DNA of 63,511 bases, filler included, from Octopus bimaculoides (GCF_001194135.2; 8 parts of 6 records of this genome joined end to end with filler, not necessarily neighbours in it); one strand, 5' to 3'; counted from the whole stretch's first letter, positions 49,515 to 63,511 are shown. Numbers and translations are program-made. Notes: generated from the sequence alone by a model not told the origin.

Positions 49515-50812
49515 AACACACACACCGCTCAAGTTTATGTTCGATGTGCTAACGATTCTGCCTGCTCGCTGCCTTAAATCGCTTTCTAATAATATCTGAT
49601 ATAAATGTCTGTTGGTTGGCTGGTTGTTTGATTTTGCTGATTTCTTCAGAGAGTCAGAAAAAGGGAAAAGAGATAGCACCACCGATGATGGATGAGTGCA
49701 CATACTTAGCCCGATAGTACGTAATGAGTAAAGGGACACTACGAAGACATGGTGAGACAGAAAGAGTCATAAGGACAGTGAACGAGGGGGAATTAGAGGG
49801 GAGGCAGAGAGAGTAAATAGCTTATTATTTATGGGAGGGGTTGAAATCTTGTAGACGTATGTTTTCGATGGAATAGCTTGCAATTCCATTGATAAATTTT
49901 AGAAAAATAACACAAACATACACACACACACAGACACAAACATATGTGTGCGTGTTTTTATATTTAATTTTTTTGTTAATATGAAAATCTCTTTCCCTTT
50001 TTAAAATAAGTATTCATTTCCTTATTCATCAAGAATTCTTTTCCTTTCTAAAAATAGTATGGGGTATACGTTATTGTATGTACACCCTGTCTCCTGGTGT
50101 TACCCATGTTAGCATATGGATTCTTCCCAATTTAGCCACCATATTAGAAATGAGGTATTTTTTTCCCCAAGTATGAAAGAGTAGACAAGCGCTTACTCTT
50201 GAGAATCAGCAATATCTTTCCAAATGATTCAGTTGTTGCTTGTATATAATGCATTTTAAATGGAAAATTAGCGCATATCTTGCACAGGAATGCAATTAAC
50301 ATAGAACCCTTAATTGATATATTTCATACTCTTGGGAAACAGAAAAGTTATCCTACATGAAATATTTATCATTGGATAATTACAAACTAACATCACTGAA
50401 AATTGATCGTAAATTTGAGTATACATAAATATAGCAAAGATAGAATATTCTGCAGGGACCGAGAAACATTGAAGAGTGTAAGGTTGTGTGATGGTAGAGT
50501 ATTAATAATAAGTAAACTATATGGAAACTTGATAGTAATTTCAGTTGGCTATGATATAACATGGGAAATAGTTGAATAATCTAGGAATTTAATTGCTACA
50601 ATCTGTTGAGGTAATGCTTCATTACCATGTTAATTTATCATGTTACATTGATCATCAAATATGAATGAAATACTGCAATTATTCTCTTCCTCCACCTCCT
50701 CCTTCTCCTCCTCTACTTTTCGTCTTTCTTGTTCATGTTCATGTACTTGTTCTTGTCCTTCTAAGTAGCAACGACTGTAATAATAACAGTGGCAGTGGTA
50801 GTAGTAGTAGTT

Positions 50813-50857
<45 letters not shown>

Positions 50858-52332
50858 TTCAAGTAGAAATACATAGAATTATGGCATAAAAGTGTAATTA
50901 AGTCCATGCAAATATGTGTCTGTGTATGTATGTACGTATGTGTGTACGTATGTATGCATATGTGTATGTATGTGTATATATGTATCTATATATGTATGTA
51001 TGTGTGTATGTATGTACGTATGCATGTATGTATCTGTGTAAGTATGTAAGTAAGTATATACTAACATACTTACATGTTTGTATACACCAATAGACATATG
51101 CACATGTCTATATGTTTGCATCTGTGTATAGTATTTAATTCATTTCATCCTCCATTTCGGTTTGACCAGGCGAAGATGTGTTCAGATAAGTGGTAAATAC
51201 AGGGTCAACCCCACCCCCCATATGGATTATTGCTATGATATATTGCATTTGTAATTGATTGTGTCTGCCATTGTACATGCATGTGTCCATATATTTATAC
51301 ATGCATGCATGCATACATAAACAAATACATACATACAAACATACACACATATGTACATATATGTCTATATATATATATATATAAAATATATATATATATN
51401 NNNNNNNNNNNNNNNNNNNNNNNNNNNNNNNNNNNNNNNNNNNNNNNNNNNNNNNNNNNNNNNNNNNNNNNNNNNNNNNNNNNNNNNNNNNNNNNNNNNN
51501 NNNNNNNNNNNNNNNNNNNNNNNNNNNNNNNNNNNNNNNNNNNNNNNNNNNNNNNNNNNNNNNNNNNNNNNNNNNNNNNNNNNNNNNNNNNNNNNNNNNN
51601 NNNNNNNNNNNNNNNNNNNNNNNNNNNNNNNNNNNNNNNNNNNNNNNNNNNNNNNNNNNNNNNNNNNNNNNNNNNNNNNNNNNNNNNNNNNNNNNNNNNN
51701 NNNNNNNNNNNNNNNNNNNNNNNNNNNNNNNNNNNNNNNNCGTGTGTGTATCTAATAGATATCGTTATGTATGCATATATGTGCCTCAATATTCTTTCAT
51801 ATATCATTATGTATGAATTTAATTATCGGTTGTATTTGTATCTTTCTGCCTATCTGAATATCTCTCTATCTACCTCTCTCTCTCTGTCAGCCTATTTCTT
51901 TTATGGTGTGTGTGTGTGTGTAAGTATGTGTGTGTGTGTGTGTGCGTGCGCTTGTGTGTGTATGTGTGTGTGTGTATTTCTACTATCTATTTAACTATCT
52001 ATAGATATCGTTTCTCCCTTTCTCATTACAGTGAAATATCAAGGTTGTGACTGCCGGAAGATCATCAGGCTGCACCACCACTTCCGTTATTTTCTTCATC
52101 GATCATCATTGGAAGAAAGGCAATTTTATTGTCGACAAAATTTGAACTCTGAATGCAAAAACAGAACAAGTCGCAAAGTATTTGTATTCTAGCTTCTAAG
52201 AATTATGCCTTACTTTCAATATCAAGTTCCTCCATCAGCAAAACACTGTTGCCGTTCTTAAAAATTGCTTTAAACATAGGTACCCACTCAACCTCCAACC
52301 ATGCCTGTAGCTTCCAAAACCCTACCAGCTGC

Positions 52333-52713
52333 CTTCTAGGAGGATCCTAACTATCAAGGAAATAGCCTACAGAGCAATCCTCACACCATCCGATGGCATA
52401 ACAAGACAATATATAGGTATGAAGGGCATTGACGTCATGGGAATCTACACGCAGCGTGTATGCATTCCTTCGGATGTAAGGATACAGAAATTTCATCGCT
52501 TTGGCTCGCATCGTCTGGAGACATCACCTCCCCAATATAGAAGAGACCATCATCGACAGGGCCCCGCCATACTCACCTGGTGCACGCAATTGCCAGCTCT
52601 ACCTCCTCGAAAGACAGCATATCCTCTATCAACCAGCAGTATCTATGAACAGGAAATACGAACTGATTAATTGCTGCGACAAGAGGTACTCTTTCCTGGT
52701 AAACTCAAGCTAA
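52333..52713 (+). mobile_element. Penelope-like element GIY-YIG endonuclease remnant
   Basis: IAYRA…DGITRQYIG…IVW…IIDRAPPYSPGARNCQLYLLERQHIL…MNRKYELINCC matches the PLE Uri-type endonuclease pattern. Confidence 0.85.
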
Positions 52714-53139
52714 TGGCCGCTGAGAATTGAGATATACCATCCAAAAACAAGAGTTTGACACCTAACCACCGCTGCCTACACAGACCGAAGACTGACTTTC
52801 CAATATTATAATATTCTGCAACCATACACGTAGGCATGCATAAGCGCGCGCAACGCACCCCCTCCACACACACACATACACTCACACATACATATACACA
52901 TGCTTATCTTCTCTTTCTTGCTCTCCCTAACACTACCAAATCTTAATTCAGCAGCAAATCCGGTCGACCTCCAATGGCACAGTTGCCAGCGTGTTACCAT
53001 AGACCACTCATGCATACATACAAATATCAGTGGTACGTATATGTCACATACCAGATGTAAACATGCACACACACGCACAGTTATTCAGTCAGACCAATGG
53101 GCACACAGTCATACATGAACATATATATGATAAAGAAGA

Positions 53140-53315
53140 ACAAAGAAATTAAGTTGATTATATCGACCGTCAGTGCTTAACTGGTACTTCTTTAATCGAT
53201 CCCGTAAGGAAGAAAGGCAAGTTGACCTCGGTGGAATTTGAACTCAGAACGTATCGGTAGACGAAATGCCGCTAAGTATTTCTTCGAGCGTGCTAACTAT
53301 TCTGCCAGCTTGCAG
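53140..53315 (-). mobile_element. SINE family B
   Basis: ctggtacttctttaatcgatccc…ggcaagttgacctcggtggaatttgaactcagaacgta…gctaactattctgccagct. Confidence 0.85.
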
Positions 53316-53329
53316 GTGGGACTCAGAAT

Positions 53330-53598
53330 TTTATTCAGGTCGGGTAGCCCATCTCGCTCAAAAGATTCTAAAATAAAGGTTGTTTGAGGACGTCAAACGA
53401 AATACCCATGTTTCAAAAGGTGAATTATCCAAACCCCAATGAATCCCTCTCAACACATGACTATGATGCTCCCCCACTACTTCTGCTGGTGATCAGAGAT
53501 GCACATATCGTCAGGCACTAAGGGACATGTTCAACTGGTTAAGATCAAGCAACTGACAAGCAAATCTGTAGTATTGAGCAGAATATTTACTGTTGCCT

Positions 53599-53643
<45 letters not shown>
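53330..53643 (+). mobile_element. Retroposon 3' segment with (TAA)n tail
   Basis: …ctatgatgctcccccactacttctgctggtgatcagagatgcacatatcgtcag…gagcagaatattt followed directly by (TAA)n; clade not assignable. Confidence 0.55.
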
Positions 53644-54864
53644 NNNNNNNNNNNNNNNNNNNNNNNNNNNNNNNNNNNNNNNNNNNNTTAATTAATTAAN
53701 NNNNNNNNNNNNNNNNNNNNNNNNNNNNNNNNNNNNNNNNNNNTATATATATATATAAATGAAATATTCAAACACTGAGATTTGAAGTTAGATGTCACTA
53801 CTGTTCATATCATCTGTGGATAAATTCAAAATTTGATGATATCACCAGTAGTAGCATGGGTGGAACGCAGTTATGATAGCTTTAAGGAGCTATGAAATAT
53901 AAATATGCACGAAGCGTAATGATGCTTAATGAGCATCTACCTGCTAGAAATAAGAGCCAAGTCTTAAATAATCCACCGTAGCGCACAAATATAACAGAGA
54001 AAAACAGTATGCGAGGAAAGCAGAAAAAATTAAAACATTTAACAGCACAAATAAAAATATTATGCAATATATATATATCATCTAAAATTACTATATTTTA
54101 CTAGTATATAAGTGTCGCGACAAAATGTTGTCTTTATATTTGTTTTTCCTTATATCATATTAAAGCGCTTTATAGTGTAAATAAGTTTTTAGTTTGTAAA
54201 TAGTATTTCATTATTTCACGTAATATTTGTCTATATTTTATGCACACACGCACCCGCACGTACACACACACACACGCTCATGTATATATATACATATATA
54301 AGCACAGACATGACGCTGTCTATCTTGCCGGCTGGTAGGCTTAGATTGGGATTACATCGACCGATATCGTATTTCCAATTTACTACAAGATATGTGAACA
54401 ACATCCCCACAGCACTGAACTAAAATGATAATGGCGTTAGTGCGATGTTGTATGGAACTCAGATAACTTATATTAAGGATAAGAAATGACAAAGAATTAT
54501 TCAGAGACATTTCGAAACAGCGACGAAAGAGAAAAGTAAAGAAAATATTTCGATCCGTATAAAAATTACATTTTTATGAATGAAATGAGAATATAATTTA
54601 CTAACATCGTAACAAAAATGAACAGGGAATTACTTTGGAATGAAATGATGAAATTACAATGTCAGTTGTAATAAAAAAGAGGAATATATACGGAATATAT
54701 ACGGAAAGATTTATTCATAAATTGTTAAATAATTTGAATAGAATATGGAAATGTCGTCTAAGGTTTCCGATGAAACTCCTGGTATACGGATTGTTTTGTA
54801 CTCTTATTTGCATTTCAAAATTTGCTGTCACAGGTGAACCGTAAACGAAAGTAATTCAATCATA

Positions 54865-54975
54865 AATATTTTCTGAGGTGACAGGCTGGCAGAATACAAT
54901 TAATGCTGGGCAGAATGCTGAGCGGGATTTCGTTCGTCTTTACGTTCTGATTTACTTAATGGCGAAACTGCTTTA
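54865..54975 (+). mobile_element. SINE family B head fragment
   Basis: aggtgacaggctggcagaatac…aatgctgagcgggatttcgttcgtctttacgttctga. Confidence 0.65.
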
Positions 54976-57900
54976 CGATGAATTCTTTATTTTGTATATT
55001 TTCATTTGTCCTACCCGCTTACATTCTGGTGTTTGCCGAAATTTTCTAAAGAACATTCTTTTTTTTGTGGTTAGATAGTAAGTGATCTATTTCTAGCATA
55101 ATAGATGTCCACTTAGTGATTATTCCTTCCTGTACGCATATATATATATGTGTGTCTGTGTGTGTGTGTGTGTGAGTGTGAGTGTGTATGTGTGTATGAG
55201 TGTGATTGTGTGTGTGTGAGTGTGTGTGTGTGTGTGTGTATTATACACGCACGCACGCACAGTCCTAGGGAGTGGCCATGGGAGCGAGAATAAGACTGAC
55301 CGTTTAAGCGACCAGCTCAGCAATGACCATCAAGCTCAGCAATGACACACCAGTCTCACGCCTTCACCGTGAACAGTTTTTAATCTCTCTTCGCTCTTTA
55401 CCACTTTGTGTGCTAAAATCCACTCTACTCCTGTTTTCATCTGACACTTACTTCCTTGCTTCACTGCTACCCACCTCTCTTCTCTTCATAAGGCACCTAC
55501 TTCCTGGCTTCGCTCCTACCCATATTATCCCTTCATTTGTACAACGCCCACCCCGACCCGTCCTCAACGCACAACTCACCTCCACTCCACAGCCACAACC
55601 CCTGCTGCTTGTGCATACACCTGTCTCGTCTTTTGTTTTTGTGTATATTTCAACCATACCAAATATATGTGTATTTTGAATAAAGATTTGGAATATACTG
55701 CAGCTTTCATTTCACTTGTATTATGTCGGGAAACGCTAGGTAAATACACCGTTGTATCATATTTGACGATTGTTTGTTTACTGAACGCTGTAATCGCAGT
55801 CAAATTGCATTCTTCTGTTGCTGAAATCATACGTAGAAGACTTTTGTAAATTTTAGGAATTCAAAACTAATACATAAATAAAGTTTGCATTGCATGAAAT
55901 TTGAGTATATTCAGATTTTCAAGCAGTAAATTGTCGTGTTGAGTATGTTTGAAGTGGTTTTACAGTATACACATATGTATATTTTTTACGTGTATATGTA
56001 TATATATGTGTGGGGGGGGGGCGTTTGATTTACATATCTCTCTCTGTGTTGTTCAAATACATGCAACTGGCACTCTCATGAAATTCTTTTATATTTAAAC
56101 TATGCAAATACCGCTATAAAATAAATATTTCCCACTCCATTTCGTATAAGGCTAGTCCCTTAGATTGTTGGTAATACCACCAATATTCTCTATTTTTTAC
56201 ACACGACTGTCCTTTTCTATGATGACATGTCAAATGAGGAGAATGCTTGGATTTTGAGGTTATCTCTCCTCGCGTAGAGCCGATTTCAATTGGTGTTTCG
56301 GTAATTAATATTCATCATATAGGGAATAAGATAATTTCAATGAAATATGAATTAATATTTCTGGTTGTTGATAGACTTGCATCTGCCTATATTATTTAAA
56401 CACCCGTTCTTGTGTGATCAGAATTATTTTTCTTCAGTTCAATTTTATCACCATGCACTTCACTGCATTGAATCATAGCCGACTTCTTTATGAGGCAATT
56501 TGCCTACTATTTCTGGCAATTGACTCAGAATCACAGATATTGCGTGATTGGCTTATTTAATATACATATCTTGACACACACATACAGATACATGCATAAA
56601 GTGGAGTTCAGAACGTAATGTTCTGCAATAATGTCGACCATAATGTTCTGAACTGTGCAACAGTATTTCCGCTTTGAATATTTTCGACCGCCATAGAAAA
56701 AAATAACGATTTTCTTGCAGAATGTTTTGCAAAATATAATATTTCAGTCTAAAAATGTGCATGGAAAAAATCACTTCTGATATAAATTTGATAAAAGTTA
56801 TAAAAACGGAGAGAAATAACAAATGACACAAATGTGAAATCAAATAAAAATCAAAATAAAATTGATTAGGTTGATTTTATCTGTAATTTTTTTGTTCTGT
56901 TAATAATGATCAGATAAATCATTGATTTAATTTAATTAATGTAATCGTGTTTGAATTGAAATTCTATAATTCAATAAATGGATTTAATATTTGATTATAT
57001 GTCTTGCTGGTGGAGGCTCGTATCTCCTGCCGTTTTAAAATAATAATAATTAACGCAAGCAATTTATTGAACGAACAAATTTTCAAACAATAACAACAAG
57101 AATATGTTTATCCTCCTCATCTACTATAAATCAACTAGTTTGACCCATATGGAGACTTGATATACACTTCACTGTACAAGAATATTTTGTTAAAAGAAAC
57201 CAAACCTATTTTAGCGTGACTAATTTCCCTTCATCTACAGGTTTCGTACAATATTCCATTTAGTTTATTATGTTGACGAAAGTTATTCCTCACAAATTAT
57301 TTTATGTTGTGTAAGTGAATATGTTAAAGCATGGTATATTGGGTGCCTTCTTGGGGTGGTAGGAATCGTTCCTATGTCTGCGGCTTATATATTTTCTAAT
57401 GGCAATAAAATTCAGTTTGGCTGAGTATAGATCTGAATAAAATACGAATGAAGCTTACGCATGATCACTTATTGAACATTGCTGCTTTTTTTTTTTATAA
57501 ATTTATAGTTTGTTTTCACGTCTATCTACAAGCATTTTTATTTTAACGTTATCAACTGATAAAGCCGGTACACCTTACATATAGTTGCATATAATATTAG
57601 TCGATAAAAATGTTGGCTGGTTCATTTCACCAGGTACGCTTTACCGTATATGAAGAGAAAAAAGAGAGAGTAAAAGAGAACGACGAAGATTTAAGTTGAG
57701 TCTAAAATTCAATAGAGCAACACTTAAATTGACAAGTAGTGGTAAGGGGAAGGTAAGGATGATAAGAGCTCCACAGTTGATACATGCTAATTACATGACA
57801 CAAGCTTACAACGCACTCTTACCTTGTCGCAACTGTCTGATCATGACATGACACACGCATTTAAACACACATATACACATAGGTTATTTAGTTTTGATGG

Positions 57901-58704
57901 TCAACGTATATTTTCCTCATTCTGTGGTTTACAATGAACTGTTTAAATAGAATGCATAGGAATATATTTAGATAAAATACAATGTATTCATCTAAATCAA
58001 TACAATGGTTTCTCTGCTGTATAACGTTACTTTCAAGTAATTGCCTGCACAACGTAATATGAAAGTTTCTTCACGATGAGAACAAAGCCCCTCGGATGCT
58101 TCACATTATATAATAACGTTGAAAAGACATTTGAATGCGAACCAGCGATGAAACCACATATTTTCTTTAACAAGTTTCTCTTATGATTTACTGAAGCATC
58201 TCTTAAAAGCTGGATGTTAGTTAAGAATTCCATAGGAAAGTTATTGCACGTGTATTGGTAGAAATATATCCATTTGAATTCAAAAAGTAAACTTGTATAT
58301 CACTGAGTAAATGTTAGCAATTCTATAATGTCACCGTTGCCTAATCTACATATAGATAACGAATCTTCGCTATTCAAAATCCATATTCATACCAATGCTG
58401 AAAGATTTCTCAAAATTGCATATTAATCTGTGGGAACATGCATAAATAATCAATATCATCGTAATTATATGACATCTTTGTTATAACATGTTATAACGTC
58501 ATTGGCAATATTTATACCATACAGGTCTATATTTAAGAGATGAAGTATTATATACATTATTTACATTTGATGGATATATATACTACTTGGGATTTAACGT
58601 TACGCACTCAGTTGGTGGTCCTTTGAACTTGTATAGATTTGCATTACACAGCATACTTTGCACCCATACCTGGATGTATGCATATCATTTAGATTTGAAC
58701 TTTT

Positions 58705-58950
58705 ATCCTTTAGTTGTTTAAGTCATTTGATTGCGGATATGCTACGGCACCGTCCTGAAAATGTTTGTTTCCTGATCGTGCCTAGTAATTCTTTTATAAA
58801 GACAAGTACATATTTTATTGATACCAGGTGTTTTAAAATACCAAAGGCTATAGAAGAATACACTTGCCCAGTGTCCCATGCCATGGTCATGGTATTGAAC
58901 TCGGTTCTACGTAGTTTTAAAGCAAACTTCTTACCACACACACGAGGGTT
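58705..58950 (-). mobile_element. SINE family A, degenerate
   Basis: agtcatttgattgcggatatgctacggcaccg (tail) and ggctatagaagaatacacttgccc…aaacttcttaccacacac (head), inverted. Confidence 0.7.
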
Positions 58951-61487
58951 CACCTATGATCGGTATCTTTGTCGACAATTCTGTTCGTCAAATATAAAAT
59001 CTATTCCTTAACAGAGCATAGTTTCGTTATACAGACCTCTGGGTTACGGACCGAGACGTTTCTATTGTACAGAAAATCTGGGTTATGAACCCAAACGTTC
59101 CTTTTGCGCCACTCCGCTTATATATAATTTCTTATATTGTCTGTTCTAGGATATATTACGTTTACAAGATTATTCATCATATCTTATTGAGTTGTTTGTA
59201 TCTATTGCACTGTTTAAAATGTACGAAAAATCGTAGCTACCCAGTACATACTTCCAGTCTTACACACTGTTAATCGAAAGTTCACTCTATCGATATTCGA
59301 AAAGACATATTTCAGAAATCTCATTCATACATTTCTGCATTGGAAATTTTTTGCGTGCTTCTTCATTTGCCATTTCTAGATCTGGGAGAAGTAAATTAAT
59401 CCTGGATTGGTAACTGTGTTAAGGAACAATTTAAAATGTTTGAAACTTTTCATTAATATTATCTACAACAGCAGAACCTCAAATGTGATTTGAAAGAAAT
59501 CTAAGATGTGTTTGTTTTTAATTAAAATACAGCCGATAAGCCATAGAGATGATAAAATAAAATTAAATTAATGCATATATATACATACAATGCGTTTGTT
59601 AAGAATCATTTTGATTATAATTCTTCTTGTCGTTTCGTATGAAAATTAGCATATATGCGTTATGCTGTGTCTGCTTAGCATTGCTCTTGCTAGGAACAAA
59701 CTACTACATTAGTTAGTGATGAAGACCTATCAATGCAGAAAATATAAACAGAGCATCTTAATGAGCATTAAAAGAATTCCAAGAAATATTTTATTTTACA
59801 AATTATTGAATATGTGAACGTCATACTGTTTTTTATGATTTGCTTAGTATCTTTTATATTAATAAAACTTTTTGGGATAAACATAATTCGTTATTGTGAT
59901 AACGCACTTTCTCGTGGTAGTGTATTTATTCCATTTATTCACATTTACATTACAGTTATATTTATATGTACGTATATAAGTGTGTTTCTATATGAAAATC
60001 CTATTTATTTCTATACAAACACATAAGGTGTGTACTTGTGTGTATTAATACACACATACATATGTGTGTTTGTGCGTGTATATGAATACGTGTGTGTGCG
60101 TGTGTGGGCGTGTGTATGAAATAGGGGTAATATATACGAAAACGAAAACATCAGTTATTTAATATGATCTCTTATGCAAATAGTGAGGCACTAAATTCTA
60201 GATTTACCATGTCACTGTGAACAATCGAAACGGCCGTAATGTATGGCGTATAAGTAACAGATCACAATATATTCCTTTAAAAATACGCCAGTCCATCACA
60301 AGTTTACGTATTTCCCCCTGAGTTTAAAGGAACAAAGTTACATAAAGCGATTTGTTGAAGAATACAACACACCACATGTTACAGGAATCGAGACAATGAC
60401 ATTGCGATCATGATTATAACACATCAAATCGTTAGGCGGGATGACTTTATGGCCTATTTCATTGCATTATACCGTTGATCTATCTGCTATGTAAACTCTT
60501 AATCTGGCAGATGCTAATAAAAATACAAGAAACAAAACGTGATAATTGAAGCTTATTTGCAACAGAAAATAAGAAAAATTCCCAAATTTAAACAAATCAC
60601 TAACGAAAATATTAACTAAAGAGTTAACAGCAAAAGGCAGAAAAACATCGTTGCCCGGAAGGAAATATACATGTTGATACAAAGTTCATGTTACCTTAAA
60701 ATAGGTCGGAGCCGATACGTGAATCAAAGCATAGTGTTTGAGCGTCAGTTAATTAGCTCCAGGCAAGTGATCATTGATATGTGTAATAAAGAAGCAGACT
60801 ATATCGCAGAAAAAATATAAAACTGCTATAAAATTATATATAAAACCTTTGCTTCATACTATAATCAAATGACTCGGATAGGTTTTGCTCATACAAACAC
60901 ATGAAATATAAAACATATGCAAATGCTACGCCAAACACATTCACACACATGCACACAAAATCGCATACATGCGTATAGGTGACTCTATACTTTTCTACTG
61001 TACAAATGTATTATACTTATACAAGTATAGTGTGTGGTTGCAATATATATANNNNNNNNNNNNNNNNNNNNNNNNNNNNNNNNNNNNNNNNNNNNTTAAT
61101 TAATTAANNNNNNNNNNNNNNNNNNNNNNNNNNNNNNNNNNNNNNNNNNNNATATATATATATGTATGTATATAACTCTCCTAAAAGTGATGAAATTGTA
61201 TATTACTAAATATACCGCTTGTTCATAAATTAAACAACAACAACAACAACAACAACACTCATTAGAATATGGAAGCGGAGGAGAGCAGTAAAGTTTGGAA
61301 TAACACATTAAAGTATGTCTGTGTTGCTATAGCAACCGTCAACCGCAGTAACAACAACGAGAGAAGGTACGACACAATAACTTCGGCAGTAGCAACAACA
61401 ACAACAATAACAACAACAACAACAACAATAATAATAATAATAATAATAATAATGTATAATATAAAAAATATTCAGACAAATACATAA

Positions 61488-61700
61488 CAAAAACACCAGG
61501 ACTTACAAATATATATAACATACAGAAAATTGCACTACTGGGCACTGCACACATCCTACGCAAAACACTTTCAATGCAGTAACCATAAGAGCATCAGAGC
61601 ACATACCCAAGGCGCACAGAGCTGCGCTCGGTAGTGAAGTGAAAGCACGTTATAAAAATAAAACTACTGAACAATAATAATAATAATAAAAACAATAGCA
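61488..61700 (+). mobile_element. R4/Dong-like LINE extreme 3' end with (AAT)n tail
   Basis: TPGLTNIYNIQKIALLGTAHILRKTLSMQ* (the QK..LLGTAHILR motif), short UTR, aataataat tail. Confidence 0.85.
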
Positions 61701-61899
61701 ACAACAAAACAAACAACAATGTTAACAACAACATCATCAGGTGTTGTGTTTCCTCCACATAGCGAAAAAGACGGAATGGTCATGTCTGGAATATTTTTAA
61801 TCTTAGGTCTTCACGATCAGGTACGACCTAGGGCGAAACAACTACAACGAAACTACCAATGGTAACAATAAAATAGTTACGGCTTTACGATATAGGGGT

Positions 61900-62240
61900 T
61901 TCAAATTTTGGTATAAAGACCATCAAGTTCTGGGGAGCGCGTAAGACGACTTTATCGACCTCAGTGCGCAACAGGTTGTTATTTTATCCTTCCCTGGAAG
62001 GATAAAAGGCAAGGTCGACCTCAGCGGAATTTGAACACGAAAGTAAAGACGGACGAAATGTCGCTAAGCATTTTTCCCGACGCGTTAACGATTATTCCAA
62101 CTCGTCTCCTTAAGACTTTATATATACTGGTTTAAAATTTTGGGAGAGGGGATCAGTCGGATACATCGCTCCCAGTACTCAACTGGTACTTATATTATCA
62201 ACCCCCGAAATGGACAAAAGGCAAAATCAACCTCGGCAGA
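61900..62240 (-). mobile_element. Two SINE family B copies in tandem (62112-61900; partial 62240-62125)
   Basis: Both contain aaaggcaa…tcgacctc/tcaacctc-(a)gcgg/ggcag-aa; the first also has gctaagcattt…gttaacgatt. Confidence 0.8.
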
Positions 62241-62264
62241 AAATTTTATTAATATATTAATATA

Positions 62265-62473
62265 TTCTTTTATTCTTTTATTTGTTGCAGTCATTTGACT
62301 GCGGCCATGCTGGAGCACCGCCTGTAGTCGAGCAAATCGACCCCAGGACTTATTCTTTGTAAGCCTAGTACTTATTCTACCGGTCTCTTGCCGAACCGCT
62401 AAGTGACGGGAACGTAAACACACCAGCATCGATTGTCAAGCGATGCTGGAGGAACAAACACAGACACAAACAT

Positions 62474-62535
<62 letters not shown>

Positions 62536-62545
62536 GTATGTATAT
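62265..62545 (-). mobile_element. SINE family A, 3' half plus internal (TA)/(TATG) tract
   Basis: cagtcatttgactgcggccatgctggagcaccgcc…gaccccaggacttattctttgtaagcctagtacttattc…gccgaaccgctaagtgacggg…ggaacaaacacagacac. Confidence 0.9.
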
Positions 62546-62922
62546 ATAAAGAAGACGAAGTCCGGGAATCTTTGACTCCTCATCGACCACCAGGTATGTA
62601 CAAGAAAATATATAAATAATAAGAATAAGTAAATGCGCATTTATCGACCTCTTGAATAGACCCATCGACCCTCACAACTAGGGGTCGATATCGACCTCTT
62701 TGGAGGCTCCTATCCTAAATAATATGTTATGTGTACTCAGCTGTAATTTGCTGTCCTTCATATCTCAATTAAATACATACAACAGTTTGTTGACAAGCAT
62801 TAAACCGTCAACTGCTTTTGGATATTGTTGTTTCGTCCCTGGTTAGTCCCTAATCCAATCGTGACCATCCCGTTTTATTGTTTCTTTCAGAGACATGGTG
62901 TCTAATGGCACAGGCATTATAC

Positions 62923-63272
62923 AAAGAAGAAGGAGAAGGAGAAGAAGGATGAATGGGAGAAGGAAAAGAAGGGGAAGGAGAAGGAGAAAGAGAGAAAGAA
63001 AAGAAGACGAAGGTGGAGGAGGAGGAGGAACGAGGAGAAGAAGAAGAAGAAGAAGAAGAAGAAGAAGAAGAAGAAGAAGCAAGAAGAAGCAGAAGAAGAA
63101 GAAAAAGAAGAAGAAGAAGAAGAAGAGGCAGAAGAAGAAGCAGAAGAAGAAGAAGAAGAAGAAGAAGAAGAAGAAGAAGAGAAGAAGAAGAAGAAGAAGA
63201 AGAAGAAGAATCAGAGAAGAAGAAGAAGAAGAAGAAGAAGAAGAAGAAGAAGAAGAAGAAGAAGAAGAAGAA
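62923..63272. repeat. ~350-bp (GAA)n-rich polypurine tract
   Basis: Directly visible; source of the poly-E/R/K ORFs. Confidence 0.97.
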
Positions 63273-63511
63273 CGCTTTAAATTGCTGTGCCTTTGAACGA
63301 ACGCTTCAAATGTTCAGTGAGTGATATTTTCCGCTTCATGTCTGTTTTCAGTTTCGGCCAAACGATGGTCAGCAAATGAGTATGAGGAGATATAATTAAG
63401 GCTGGATAATGCTACACCAGTTTGGTCAGCTAATCATTAACTACCTGTACTTAGTTAGGATATGGTAATATGCGAATGTGTGCGTGCACTCACGCACATT
63501 CGCATATATAT

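Noticed and set aside
59035-59130. DLWVTDRDVSIVQKIW resembling a globin A helix
   Set aside because: No CD1 Phe, E7 or F8 His pattern follows; the frame degenerates into AT-rich sequence.
62843-63324. Poly-Arg/Lys/Glu ORFs resembling protamine or acidic proteins
   Set aside because: Translations of (GAA)n.

Overview
63.5 kb of AT-rich animal genomic scaffold, about 6.3 kb (~10%) of it N gaps. It is dominated by microsatellites, three tRNA-derived SINE families, decayed LINEs (RLE-type, RTE, Tx1/L1), Penelope-like relics and DNA transposons. The repeat families and microsatellite density look like a coleoid cephalopod (Octopus) assembly; that is inference from recalled repeat consensus, not a search. 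I cannot identify any host protein-coding gene. All long ORFs in the supplied track come from N runs or simple repeats, and the recognisable protein fragments are transposon-derived. A few short candidate exons are reported at low confidence. Most interesting observations: (1) a short element found next to (TA)n tracts, in four copies, carrying a hammerhead-ribozyme-like fold with the same non-canonical core (CUGUUGA), two copies nearly identical; (2) an 18-nt 3' terminus shared by a Tx1/L1-like LINE, a SINE and an apparently ORF1-only (HAL1-like) element; (3) a 1.7 kb higher-order minisatellite that is also a dense array of PAR-bZIP D-box motifs; (4) an end-to-end Chapaev3-like transposon with both TIRs.
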